A DNA stretch of 64,000 bases. Source: an uncultured Acidobacteriota bacterium. Its GTDB lineage: Bacteria > Acidobacteriota > Thermoanaerobaculia > Multivoradales > JAHEKO01. Below are positions 48,759-58,441 of this stretch, piece by piece. The stretch lies in NCBI GenBank assembly GCA_963713825.1, contig CAVQNG010000004.1:193444-257443 (forward strand). The letters run 5' to 3'. A model generated the notes under the pieces. It made no database searches and was not told where the DNA came from. It saw only the letters and a program-made list of their open reading frames with translations. Each line of letters opens with the position of its first letter. The first letter of the stretch is position 1. The position numbers and the translations under genes are program-made.

Positions 48759-49510
48759 CCCGGATGTCCTCCAGCTCCCGCGGGCAAGACAACGACTCAC
48801 TGCCAGCCCTCAAGAGGCTGCGGTCCATCCCGCGTGGAGCGGTGATCCGGTTCGCTCTCCTAATCGCGCTACTGGCCGTGGCCTTCGCCCTGTTTCGCTG
48901 GACGCCGCTCAACGAATACCTCACGAAGGACAAGATGGTGGCGCTGATGATGGATCTGCGCAGCGCCTGGTGGGCCCCAGTGGCTCTGCTGGCACTCTAC
49001 CTTGTGCTATCGCCGACAGGTCTTCCAGTCAGTCCCCTGATTTTCGCTGGCGGCGTCGTCTTCGGGGTGAAGATGGGGTGGCTCTACAATTTCCTGGGCA
49101 CGATGATCGGAGCGACGGCCAGCTACCTGCTGGCACGGGCTCTCGGCTACGAGCTGGTCTCCCATGTGGTCCCGACGGGGCTGCTGCAGCGCGCCGAGAA
49201 GATCCTGGAAAAGCACGGGTTTTGGACGATCGTGCGGGTCCGTTTCCTGCCGATCCCCTTCGCCGTCATCAACTATGGCGCGGCGCTGGCTGGAGTTCGA
49301 TTCCCGCAGTTTCTGGCTGCCACGGCGATCGGCCTGATCCCCTCGATGCTGATCTACACCTACTTCGGGCATGCGCTCTTCAACGCCGCCACAGCCGATC
49401 GGCAGACCGTGATCCGCAATCTGGCCGGAGTTCTCGTACTGGTGATGTTGCTGACCTTCCTGGTCCCCCTGCGCAAGATGTGGAAAAAGCGCCGCTACAA
49501 GAAGGGTTGA
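48755..49510 (+). CDS. TVP38/TMEM64 (DedA-related) family membrane protein
   Basis: VRFLPIPFAVINYGAALAGVRF...GLIPSMLIYTYFG pattern, with 5-6 TM segments. Confidence 0.8.
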   Translation: MTRMSSSSRGQDNDSLPALKRLRSIPRGAVIRFALLIALLAVAFALFRWTPLNEYLTKDKMVALMMDLRSAWWAPVALLALYLVLSPTGLPVSPLIFAGGVVFGVKMGWLYNFLGTMIGATASYLLARALGYELVSHVVPTGLLQRAEKILEKHGFWTIVRVRFLPIPFAVINYGAALAGVRFPQFLAATAIGLIPSMLIYTYFGHALFNAATADRQTVIRNLAGVLVLVMLLTFLVPLRKMWKKRRYKKG

Positions 49511-49511
49511 A

Positions 49512-49534
49512 CCGGCCGTCGCACCTCCGGCCGG
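49512..49534 (+). terminator. Candidate terminator hairpin after the TVP38-family gene
   Basis: ccggccg-9 nt-cggccgg immediately after the stop, followed by ccTTTg. The T-tract is weak. Confidence 0.35.
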
Positions 49535-49619
49535 CCTTTGATCGGCTTGGGGGTTGAAGCGAATAGGCTTCGCCATTTCGATCTGTGAGGCAGTGGGGGG
49601 CCCTTGAGCCGATAGACCC

Positions 49620-50833
49620 CTAGAAAACCGCGCTGGCGATCCACTTGAGGAGCTCGGTCAGGGGTACCTGCGTCGCAACCACCGCCAGCAAAGGTACTCC
49701 CGCGGCGGTCAGCAGCTGCACCACCGCCAGCTTGTCGACAGGGACAATCCTCTGGCCCCGCACGGCCTCGACGATGAGCGTTCAGATCCGCAGCCGAGGA
49801 GACATCGCCGCGGTCCAGGAGCTCGGCGCCATTTCTTCCCTCCTCGATCCAGGTTCGGTGGAACGCGAGATGTAGCTGGTTGGCCAGGCAACCGTACTCG
49901 AGATATGCCCTCTCGCGCACGTCGTAGAGCGTGCGACTGAACACCACCAGAGGGGCCGAAAAACAGCACCAGGCAGACCACCAACCACCCTCCCAGTGCG
50001 AACCAGACTGTCTGAGTACTGTGCTGCTGAAGGCTGAGGTCCTTCATCATGGTTGAAGCGACCACACAACTCAGCGCGAAGACGAATCCACCGAAGATGC
50101 TCGGATAGATCGCCAGAAAACCGAGTCCAGCCGAGCGGTCCGGGTGCAGAGGGGTCAGCTCTAACGGCAGTCGGGAGACGCGAAAGAGCAGCGCGCTCCA
50201 CAGGAGAAAGCGCCAGATCCAACGGAAGGTCAGGAAGAGAAACAGGGGATTGCTCACCAAGAGGGCTGCCATGCCAGCCCAGGACAACCCGACACCATTC
50301 GCGGCTGCCTTTCCCTCCCAACTCGAGCCGGCAAGCTCGACGGCGAATCTCGCGCTGAGGCCCGACCAGATCAGGGCTACAGCACCGAGAACCACTTCGG
50401 CGAGGGTAGAGCTCGAGTAACGATCGGCTGAGGCGAGAGCGGCCCTGAAAGCGGGTAGCCCGTCGTCCGTGACCAGCCCCGCTGTTCGGAACTGGCGAGC
50501 CAGCAACTCGAGACGACCGTCGGCGTACCGCTCGGTCGCGACCATGACCCCGATCGCGATCAAATAGCGCGAATAGACCGTCAGATCCTTGAAGAACCCC
50601 CAGCCCGAATACCCGCTGTCGACGAAACTCTGAAGGACGACGAGCAGGGCCGGGAGCAGCCAAGCGAGAACGGTCAGGCCGACGGCGGCCCCCTGCGTCG
50701 GCAGCAGGTCTTCCCCAATCAACCCGAGGCGCCGGAGGAAGCCATGAAAGGGGCCACCGGCTACCACGGAGAAACGCTCACCGTGGTCACCCGATTGAAG
50801 CGAAACCATTGGCCGCCTCCCGCACTGCACCAT
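49620..50833 (-). pseudogene. Polytopic membrane protein gene interrupted by two frameshifts (or two assembly indels)
   Basis: Protein-like translation continues through three frames. Frame 1 runs 50833 to about 49955. Frame 2 (VFSRTLYDVRERAYLEYGCLANQLHLAFHRTWIEEG...AADLNA) runs about 49947-49780. Frame 3 (TLIVEAVRGQRIVPVDKLAVVQLLTAAGVPLLAVVATQVPLTELLKWIASAVF) runs 49781-49623. After each switch the old frame turns into Arg/Gly/Pro-rich nonsense. Confidence 0.65.
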
Positions 50834-50867
50834 TCACATTCCGACCCTCGCCGCCGACTGATTGCGA

Positions 50868-53417
50868 TCACTCACTCGACTTGTTGTTCCTTTGCGCGGC
50901 CTCCAGTTTCTGGATGTCCGCAGGCGAAAGCTGCGGACGGTCCACCTTGATCGTCAGCTTGTCGAGCTTGGCGGTCAGTGCGAATGGCGGCTTGTAATCC
51001 GCGTCGTTGATTCCCGTCAGAGTGTCGGAACCGACATCGAACGCCTCGTCCCACTGCAGGATCATCGGCAGGGTCTTTTCCATCTTCTGGGTCTGTACCG
51101 TCTTGCCGTCAACCTTGAGCGTACCTGTACCGCCACGGCCCAGCCCACTCATGTTGTTGTAGAACAGGGTGCCCACACCGAGGCCGTCGTATTTGAAATC
51201 GAATTCGACAGTGTGCTTGCCGGGCGTGAGCGCGTCAGGGCCTTCCCACTTGATGCGTTTCATGTCGACCATGTTCCACAAGAACACCGGCTTGCCCTCG
51301 AGCAGGTAGAAGCCGTAACCGCCAAAGCGCCCACCCGAGGTGAGGATCATGCCTTCCGCACCACCCTCCGGCACGTCGATGTCGGCGGTGATGGTGTAGG
51401 AGGTATTCAGCAGTAGCGGCGAGTCACCCTGTGGCAGGCCGGTCATGGGCATGGTGTAGACGAACTCCTTGCGGCCCGCCGTGATATTCGGTCGTGGAGC
51501 GACGAGGCGCGCCGCGACTGAGGCATCCATCGGGAAGACCTGGTACTTCTTGCCCTCCTCGATGAACAGCTCCTTCAGCTGCTTCACCTTGTCCGGATGC
51601 TTGTCGGCGATGTTCTGCGACTGGCTGAAGTCCTTGTTCAGGTCGTAGAGTTCGAGGACCTGGTTGTTGAGCGGGTCCGGATTGGCGGCACCGAACGCCT
51701 CCCAGGGCGCGCGATTCACCTTGGTGCTGAGCAGCCAGCCCTCGTGGTAGAGGGCCCACTGTCCCATCATCTCAAAGTACTGAGTGGTGTGGCGCGACGG
51801 CGCCTCGGCATAGGCGGGGTCGAAGGTGTAGGCGAAGCTCGTGCCCTCGACAGGAGCCTGCTTGATGCCGTCGAGATACTCCGGCGCCGGGATGCCGGTC
51901 ACCTCGAGGATCGTCGGCACTACGTCGATGACGTGCATGAACTGCTCGCGCAGGCCGCCCGTTTCGCCGATATGGCCCGGCCAGGAAACCGCCATGCATT
52001 GGCGGACTCCGCCCAGCTTGGAGGCGTTCTGCTTGAACCAGGTGAACGGCGTATCGAAGGCCCAGGACCAGCCCGCCGACATGTGGTTGTAGGTCTCCTC
52101 GGTGCCCCAGACGTCGTACCACTTCATCTGTTCTTCGATCGGCATCATGTTGACACCGTTGAAGAACGCAACCTCGTTCGGCGTGCCGACGGGGCCACCC
52201 TCGGCACTGGTGCCGTTGTCGCCGTTGATGTAGATGATGAGGGTGTTGTCGAGCTTGCCCATGTCCTCGACCGCCTGGATCACGCGGCCTATCTCGTGAT
52301 CGACATACGCCTCATAGGCAGCGAAGATCTCCACCTGGCGGATGAAGAGCTTCTGCTCCTCGGGTTTGAGGTCGTCCCAGTTCTTGAGGACATCGGTTGG
52401 CCAGGGCTCGAGCTGGGTGTCGGCCGGGATCACGCCGAGGCGCTTCTGGTTCTCGAAGATCGTCTCGCGCAGCTTGTTCCAACCGTCGTCGAACAGATGC
52501 ATCGCCTGGATCTTGTCGACCCACTCCTTGGTCGGATGATGCGGCGCGTGGGTGGCCCCGGGCACGTAGTGCATGAAGAACGGCTTGTCCGGGCTGATCT
52601 GATTGAGACGGTTCAGATAGCCGATAGCGTCGTCGGCCATGCCGGTAATCAGATTCCACTCGGGCTTTCCGTCGAAGGGGTATATCTGCGTCGTGTTGCG
52701 AAACAGGTTGGGCTGCCACTGATTCGCGTCACCACCGACGAAGCCGTAGAAGTATTCGAAGCCCATTCCAATCGGCCAATGGTTGAACGGGCCCGCCTGA
52801 CTGGCCTCGAAGGCCGGTACGTTGTGGTCCTTGCCGAACCAGGAGGTGGCGTAGCCGTTCTCCTTGAGGATCCGGCCAATCGTCGCCTTGTCCTTGGCGA
52901 TGATGCTGTCGTAGCCGGGGAAACCGGTCGACTGCTCCGAGATGACGCCGAAGCCAACGGAGTGGTGATTGCGCCCGGTGATCAGTGCAGCGCGGGTCGG
53001 CGAACAGAGCGCCGTCGAGTGGATGTTGTTGAAGCGCAGACCATCGGCCGCAATCCGGTCCATGGTCGGCGTCGGAATGACCCCGCCGAAGGTGCTCGGC
53101 ACTCCGAAGCCCGAGTCGTCGGTCATGATCAGCACAATATTGGGTGCCTCTTTGGGTGGCACGATTCGCGGCGCCCACCACGGCTTGGAATTCAGCGCAT
53201 CCGGCTTGATCGCGCCACCGAATTCGGGATCCGGTGCCGGGAGTTGGTCACCGGGGATCGTCGTCGTCGCGCCTGGCGAGCCCAGCTCACCGGTGACTTC
53301 GGGTTGGGCGCTGTAGCTGGCCTGCTGACTCGCGATCGAGCCGACCAGGATAAGGACTGCAATCAGCCCCCACGGTCGACCTTGCAAAGTGGACAGGTAG
53401 AGTCGTATCTGTTTCAC
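50868..53417 (-). CDS. Large secreted arylsulfatase-family enzyme (849 aa)
   Basis: Signal peptide; sulfatase signature LIMTDDSGFG...CSPTRAALITGRNHH (C-x-P-x-R formylglycine site); GKDHN. GTG start preceded by GAGGAG. Confidence 0.9.
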   Translation of the reverse strand: MKQIRLYLSTLQGRPWGLIAVLILVGSIASQQASYSAQPEVTGELGSPGATTTIPGDQLPAPDPEFGGAIKPDALNSKPWWAPRIVPPKEAPNIVLIMTDDSGFGVPSTFGGVIPTPTMDRIAADGLRFNNIHSTALCSPTRAALITGRNHHSVGFGVISEQSTGFPGYDSIIAKDKATIGRILKENGYATSWFGKDHNVPAFEASQAGPFNHWPIGMGFEYFYGFVGGDANQWQPNLFRNTTQIYPFDGKPEWNLITGMADDAIGYLNRLNQISPDKPFFMHYVPGATHAPHHPTKEWVDKIQAMHLFDDGWNKLRETIFENQKRLGVIPADTQLEPWPTDVLKNWDDLKPEEQKLFIRQVEIFAAYEAYVDHEIGRVIQAVEDMGKLDNTLIIYINGDNGTSAEGGPVGTPNEVAFFNGVNMMPIEEQMKWYDVWGTEETYNHMSAGWSWAFDTPFTWFKQNASKLGGVRQCMAVSWPGHIGETGGLREQFMHVIDVVPTILEVTGIPAPEYLDGIKQAPVEGTSFAYTFDPAYAEAPSRHTTQYFEMMGQWALYHEGWLLSTKVNRAPWEAFGAANPDPLNNQVLELYDLNKDFSQSQNIADKHPDKVKQLKELFIEEGKKYQVFPMDASVAARLVAPRPNITAGRKEFVYTMPMTGLPQGDSPLLLNTSYTITADIDVPEGGAEGMILTSGGRFGGYGFYLLEGKPVFLWNMVDMKRIKWEGPDALTPGKHTVEFDFKYDGLGVGTLFYNNMSGLGRGGTGTLKVDGKTVQTQKMEKTLPMILQWDEAFDVGSDTLTGINDADYKPPFALTAKLDKLTIKVDRPQLSPADIQKLEAAQRNNKSSE

Positions 53418-53516
53418 TGGTTCGCTCCTCTCTCGGAATTCATTCAGCGCAACGCCGGCATCCGTCCTCTGGGTCCACGGATGCCCGTTCCCTCGAACGG
53501 AAGCCGGTCCGCCAAT

Positions 53517-54056
53517 CTACTCGCCCTTCTTTTCCTGCTTACGCAGCTTGTGGAACTCCTCCTGCAGCATCCGAGCGTGATCGCACTCGAAGTAGCCGAT
53601 GTTGGCCGTCTTCGAGGGCTCCACGACGAGCTCGTCGTAGGCTACGGCGAACTTCCCGTCGGAGACCCACCCTTCAGCCAGTCCTGCCCAGCCGAAATCG
53701 GCTTCCTTGGCGTCCAACTTGAGGGTGCATCCACGACTCAAATGCCGACCATCCGAAGTGACGACATCGCTGTTGGAGATGACATTGACGTTGTTGATGG
53801 CAGCGATGGGAACGCTGTAGACCGACTTCATCGTGGGGTCGAAATTCTCTCCGTCGACTGTGGCGAAGTACAGGACGTCATCAGTCTCATCGTATGCCAC
53901 TGCCAGGAAGGAATAGTCGACACCCTTGATGATCTTCGCATCGACCATGTTGTCCATGACAACTCCCAAGTCCGGTGGCTGGGCCACGGCAGCCACCGCG
54001 ACCAGGCAAGCGACCATCAAAATGGCGGATACTGCACAATGCTTCGGATTGTTCAT
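53517..54056 (-). CDS. Hypothetical secreted protein (179 aa)
   Basis: The ATG at 54056 follows GGAGG. Signal peptide MNNPKHCAVSAILMVACLVAVAAVAQP. No family recognised. Lower GC. Confidence 0.55.
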   Translation of the reverse strand: MNNPKHCAVSAILMVACLVAVAAVAQPPDLGVVMDNMVDAKIIKGVDYSFLAVAYDETDDVLYFATVDGENFDPTMKSVYSVPIAAINNVNVISNSDVVTSDGRHLSRGCTLKLDAKEADFGWAGLAEGWVSDGKFAVAYDELVVEPSKTANIGYFECDHARMLQEEFHKLRKQEKKGE

Positions 54057-54139
54057 TCCTCCATCTCCTCTCTGTCGTTGGGTCCAGCTATACCTACAAG
54101 GTGAGAAGGGTCTGCCTTCCACCCCATCCACGCCTGTCT

Positions 54140-54727
54140 TCACTTCTTTCCCTTCACCTTCAAGGGTTTGACCGTCGTGAACTTGATCGGCTCCCTACCC
54201 AGGGTCTCGATCTCGAACTTGCCGGTCTTCTTGTTGACGCCGAAGTCGGCTCCGACGATCATCTCGCCGGTCCCCTCTCCGGTCTCGGGATCGAGCTCCA
54301 GAAAGACCAGTGAGATGTTGTTCTCCTGACTCATCGACCCTCTCATCACCTCGCCCATGGCGATGGGGCGATTGGTGGCGAGGGTGATCATGCGCTTGCC
54401 ATTGCTCTCGGACTGGAAGGCATAGCGCATCTGATAGCCGAGAGTCTGCGGCAACGAGACGAAAGCCATCTCTTCCTGCTTGTCCAGGAGGTCGTAGAGT
54501 GCTTTGTCACCCCCTTGCTGGAAGGCCGCGATGAGGGCCTCCCGATCCTGCTCGGTGCTCCAGCCGAAAATCCCGATGTCCATCATCGACGGTCGTCCTA
54601 CCTCGAGGCTCATCGCGGCAGCCCGATAGCGCTCGATGACCTCCTTCTTCTCCTTGGCGAGGACCGCACCTCCGCCCAGGAGGAGCGCGCAAGACAAAGC
54701 GATGTAGCTCCTTGTGCAGCGGGTCAT
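54140..54727 (-). CDS. Hypothetical secreted protein (195 aa)
   Basis: SD AGGAGG 6 nt before the ATG. N-terminal hydrophobic signal YIALSCALLLGGGAVLA. Lys-rich C-terminus. No family recognised. Confidence 0.55.
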   Translation of the reverse strand: MTRCTRSYIALSCALLLGGGAVLAKEKKEVIERYRAAAMSLEVGRPSMMDIGIFGWSTEQDREALIAAFQQGGDKALYDLLDKQEEMAFVSLPQTLGYQMRYAFQSESNGKRMITLATNRPIAMGEVMRGSMSQENNISLVFLELDPETGEGTGEMIVGADFGVNKKTGKFEIETLGREPIKFTTVKPLKVKGKK

Positions 54728-54829
54728 GAAGACCTCCTTTCTATGGACTTGTCCAGTCCACTCCTAATCCCTGTCGCCGCGGAGAGCCGAGCCCGAGGCG
54801 CGGCAGGGATCAGGTAATCCATCCTCGAG

Positions 54830-55387
54830 CTAGCGGACCACACCGGGGCCACGACGGCCAACACCGACGCCGTGGTAGCCCACCCCAACGCCGCCGCCGA
54901 CTCCGATCCGGTCGATGAAGAGCGCAGTTTCGCCTCCTTCGGCAGGCAGCGAACCTTCGATGATCTTGAAGTCGTAGATGAGGTCCTTGCCCTCGACGAC
55001 CGGGTGACTGATCTCGACGACGACCAATGTGGTGTCGGGTTGTCCCGGTTCGTAAACCGACAGCGTGGCATTCGGCGGGTTGGCGCCGAGATTGTCCTTC
55101 CCGGCCTTCTCAGTCCATTCCTCGAGATACTCGGCCATCGTGAGATGCCCTGCTAGACGGTAGGGTCGATCCGAGAAGTAAATCGTCTGCGGGTTGACAT
55201 TCACCAGCCGGAAGGTACTCGTCGCAGAGTCGACAACGAGATCTTCGGAGCTCTGCACGAAGAGCAGCTCGATAGGCTCCTCAGAAGTGTCCGCCGTCAC
55301 GCTACCGGTGGCTAGAAAAGCCAGAACGCCCGCCAGTAGGAACGCCCGCTTTGCGCCATTGGGTATGACAAAGGTAGTTCTAGGCAC
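54830..55387 (-). CDS. Hypothetical secreted protein (186 aa) with a Gly/Val-rich basic C-terminal tail
   Basis: The GTG at 55387 is preceded by AAGGAGAG. Signal peptide AFLLAGVLAFLATGSVTA. The tail is GVGGGVGVGYHGVGVGRRGPGVVR. The track ORF extends to 55507. Confidence 0.5.
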   Translation of the reverse strand: MPRTTFVIPNGAKRAFLLAGVLAFLATGSVTADTSEEPIELLFVQSSEDLVVDSATSTFRLVNVNPQTIYFSDRPYRLAGHLTMAEYLEEWTEKAGKDNLGANPPNATLSVYEPGQPDTTLVVVEISHPVVEGKDLIYDFKIIEGSLPAEGGETALFIDRIGVGGGVGVGYHGVGVGRRGPGVVR

Positions 55388-55582
55388 GTCCTCTCTCCTT
55401 GGGTTCACTGAAACCCACGACACACACCGCTCCCTAGAAGAACTATCGCCGGGGGCGATTCGCGGATCATTCATTCGTTGTGCTACGCCTTCATCGATGT
55501 TCACCACACAGCCTCAGGGCTGGGCAGTGACCTAAACGAGCTGACTCCCCATCCTCTGCCGCCTATTTCTTGTTGCCAACTC

Positions 55583-56383
55583 CTAGAAACCGAATTTGAA
55601 GGCGCCGTAGAAGCCGCCCAGTCCAACTTCGGCTTCGACGTCGCTTCCTCGATCGGTTGTCTCCTTGAAATCGATCTGCATGTAGCGATAGCCGACCACG
55701 ATCGCATGCTGTCGCTCGGCGCCGTAGGCCCACCCCACCCCGGCCAGGGCGGTCCAGGCCAGGTCGGTACCAGCGGCACTCGCATCGACCTTGAAGTCGT
55801 ACAGCCAGCGATCCGAGAACTCGCCGACGTAGCGCACCCCGATGAGAGCATCCCACAACGCCTTGTTCACATCGTAGTTTCGACCCTCTGTGGATCCGTC
55901 ATCGAAGTCGTAGTCCGCATCGACCCCCAAATCCAGGTCGAACATGCGGGCTCCGTAAAGGACGGACAGACCCTTACCGGTCCCACTAGGGTTGTAGAGG
56001 CCTCCTACCTCGAAGATGGTCGCCGCCAGCTCGCCCTGAACCACAACCTCTCCCGGAATCGAGCCGGCCAGATCGTAGCTCTTATCGTCTCCCTTGAAGT
56101 CGACGAAGTAGACATCCGCGAACAGACCATTCCTGCCGCGCTGGCCTTCCAGGTGGGCCGCGAAGGCGAACTCGAGCGCATCGATCACGTCGGCCATGTC
56201 GACCTGTTGTCCACCGCCCACATCCTGGTCATTGACCTCGAGGCTGAGGTTCATGCTCGGGGCCCAGAGATAGGGCGTGATACTCCACATCCAATCGCTG
56301 GCCTGCGCAACTCTAGCTCCTGGCATGGCCGCGAAAAGGAACCCCGCGACGACCGTCGTGAGATACCGCGAATACCGACTCAT
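55583..56383 (-). CDS. Outer-membrane beta-barrel protein (266 aa)
   Basis: Signal peptide ending AQA; alternating amphipathic strands; C-terminal ...GAFKFGF with a terminal Phe, typical of OMPs. SD AAGGAGG. Confidence 0.7.
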   Translation of the reverse strand: MSRYSRYLTTVVAGFLFAAMPGARVAQASDWMWSITPYLWAPSMNLSLEVNDQDVGGGQQVDMADVIDALEFAFAAHLEGQRGRNGLFADVYFVDFKGDDKSYDLAGSIPGEVVVQGELAATIFEVGGLYNPSGTGKGLSVLYGARMFDLDLGVDADYDFDDGSTEGRNYDVNKALWDALIGVRYVGEFSDRWLYDFKVDASAAGTDLAWTALAGVGWAYGAERQHAIVVGYRYMQIDFKETTDRGSDVEAEVGLGGFYGAFKFGF

Positions 56384-56816
56384 TTCCTATCCTCCTTGCC
56401 GTTTCTTCGTCTGCAGCCAACTCGAGAATCTGGTTGCCCGCAAGCCTCGAGGGAGGCTTCATCGATAAGCGATCCCATCCATCGATGCCGTCGAGTCCAA
56501 ACAGTCAAGAATGAGGCGTTGAAAGCCTCTTACTTATCCAGCGGAGATCGACGTCCGACAAGTGCAATCCTGTCTGCGGGCCGCAGGACCTGTCTATCCG
56601 AATCAGGCCGCGAGACGCGTCTGCTCTGGCACTTCCCGAAGCCATCTCGGCCAGCTATGCCATCGGTCAAGCACCGCACTTACAACCCATAAAACCATGA
56701 AAAAAAGAGACTTAAAGCCCCCACCCCAGAGCCCTTGACTCGTCACCAAGGAGGAGCCAGAATACTGAAAGACTATCCACATCAGGACATTCTGATTCTT
56801 CCGTTCGTGCTGCTGA

Positions 56817-57752
56817 ATGAGTACCTTCAACCGACATCGCGAGTTCTCCAACACCCGAGAGATGGAGCAGGCGGTCGCCACCTACGGCTGGGATGTTTCC
56901 TACACCCGGCTCGGGCCAGGCAAACTCGGGGTGGCTTCGTGGGAAACCCGGGTTGGCGATCTTCTTCTCTACCGCGAGCATTTCGAGTTTCCAATGCTGG
57001 CCTGCGGCCTTTCGCCAGCGGATGCCTACAGCGTGATGACCGTCCAGGCGGGCAGCATGAGAGTTTTCGGGTCACAACTCTCCCCTCAGAAAGTCTGCTT
57101 GTTACCGCTTGGAGCCGAGATTGATGCCTCTGCGGCCGTTGGCCTCTCCACATTCCATATCCAGGTTTCAAACGATCGGCTGGCTGCTTGGGCCAAGGAG
57201 GCTGGGGTCGATCTGATTCAGGAAGGCAACGTCATTTGCGTTGCCCCCGGGGCCGACCGGATCCGACATCTGAAATGCGCCATGCAGCAGGCGAGCGAAG
57301 CACACGAAGAGGGTGATGTCGAAACCTGGAAGACCTCGGAGGAGGACCTTCTGAACCTTCTCACAGCCGTCTTCGACAAAGAGGCGATTTCACAACTCGG
57401 GTTTCGAGAGCTAGTCGGGCCCGCCGGCGAGCATGCCGTTGCAGTCCGGCGCCACATCCACTCCAGTCCGCTGACTGAACTGGATATCCCCGGTTTTGCC
57501 GCTGCCCTGGGTATCAGTCACCGCCATTTGAATCGCTGCTTCAAGCAGCACTATGGGGTCAGCATCAAGGACTTCATCCGTTATCGCCGCCTCCAGGAAG
57601 CACGCAACCTCCTGCATGAGGATGCAGCCGGACTCAGCGTGACTGAAGCTGCCTACTCCTGCGGATTCAGGCATTTGGGTCGGTTTTCCACCGAGTACAA
57701 GCAACTCTTCGGCGAATCACCTCGCGAGACGCTCCTCCAACCGAGCCCCTAG
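56817..57752 (+). CDS. AraC/XylS-family transcriptional regulator
   Basis: C-terminal double HTH (AAALGISHRHLNRCFKQHYGVSIKDFIRYRRLQEARNLL...EAAYSCGFRHLGRFSTEYKQLFGESP). Divergent from the OMP-sulfatase gene string. Lower GC. Confidence 0.85.
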   Translation: MSTFNRHREFSNTREMEQAVATYGWDVSYTRLGPGKLGVASWETRVGDLLLYREHFEFPMLACGLSPADAYSVMTVQAGSMRVFGSQLSPQKVCLLPLGAEIDASAAVGLSTFHIQVSNDRLAAWAKEAGVDLIQEGNVICVAPGADRIRHLKCAMQQASEAHEEGDVETWKTSEEDLLNLLTAVFDKEAISQLGFRELVGPAGEHAVAVRRHIHSSPLTELDIPGFAAALGISHRHLNRCFKQHYGVSIKDFIRYRRLQEARNLLHEDAAGLSVTEAAYSCGFRHLGRFSTEYKQLFGESPRETLLQPSP

Positions 57753-57783
57753 ATAAGGGGGACACAATACACAAAAGAAGGGA

Positions 57784-58425
57784 CTAGGACGGAGGATCGT
57801 CCAGCAGCTCCTGATACCGCTCCAGAAACTGCCCGACTTCGAGTCCATCCATCAGGGCGTGGTGGGCCTCGATCGAGATGGGCATGAGGCGGACGCCGTC
57901 ACGCAAGTGGTGCTTGCCAAAGACGATCTTCGGCACCGAGTCCTCAGCAGGGACCCTCCGGGCGTGTAGCAGGCCGGTGAACCTCACCCAGGGGATCACC
58001 GAATAGTGGATCAGGTCATCCTTGTCCGGTTGCGGATCGAGCTCCCCCGTCTCGGTCCGCGCCGCTGCCAGGGCTTGGGAACCCTCCTCCGAGAACCGCC
58101 GAAAGTCCGCAGAGAAGTCGAAATAGGCAAAGCCGAACGTTCCGTCGTCCCTTGCCACTGTCGAGCTGCCGTGGATCTGGTCGTACACCAGGACCGCGTC
58201 GTCACGCAAGCGGTAGCGGAAAGCGTCGATCTCGTTCGAGGCCTGGATGGAGAGATAGAGACAAGTCAAGAAGAAGGACGATGCCGGCCCCTGGCTGGAC
58301 TGCTCATAGAGCGCCGAGACATCCAGGTCGGTGCACAGGCCGAAGAACGGCTGCTCGAAGTCCTTGAAAAAATGGAAGTGACTCCTTCGATTCCAAGAGT
58401 CGATGTCGAGGAAGTGGGACATCAC
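57784..58425 (-). CDS. Chloramphenicol O-acetyltransferase family (type A CAT fold) protein
   Basis: W.RR.HF.FF N-terminal pattern, SVIPWVRF, and the catalytic-His region SIEAHHALMDG (compare HHAVCDG). Confidence 0.8.
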   Translation of the reverse strand: MMSHFLDIDSWNRRSHFHFFKDFEQPFFGLCTDLDVSALYEQSSQGPASSFFLTCLYLSIQASNEIDAFRYRLRDDAVLVYDQIHGSSTVARDDGTFGFAYFDFSADFRRFSEEGSQALAAARTETGELDPQPDKDDLIHYSVIPWVRFTGLLHARRVPAEDSVPKIVFGKHHLRDGVRLMPISIEAHHALMDGLEVGQFLERYQELLDDPPS

Positions 58426-58441
58426 GAAGACTGAGCGACGA

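Noticed and set aside
51597-54104. 835-aa plus-strand ORF spanning the sulfatase and the next gene in antisense
   Set aside because: It crosses an intergenic spacer, its sequence is Arg/Gly/Val/Asp-rich nonsense, and the opposite strand carries a definitive sulfatase signature.
53517-54143. Longer 208-aa version of the secreted protein, starting at the GTG at 54143 that overlaps the upstream stop
   Set aside because: It would place 29 non-hydrophobic residues ahead of an obvious signal peptide. The ATG at 54056 has its own GGAGG.
56735-56763. TTGACT-17 nt-CAGAAT promoter-like hexamers upstream of the AraC gene, and an AAGGAGG at 56748-56754 with no start codon after it
   Set aside because: The -10 match is weak (4 of 6). 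The SD-like string is not followed by ATG, GTG or TTG within range. The support is too thin to annotate.
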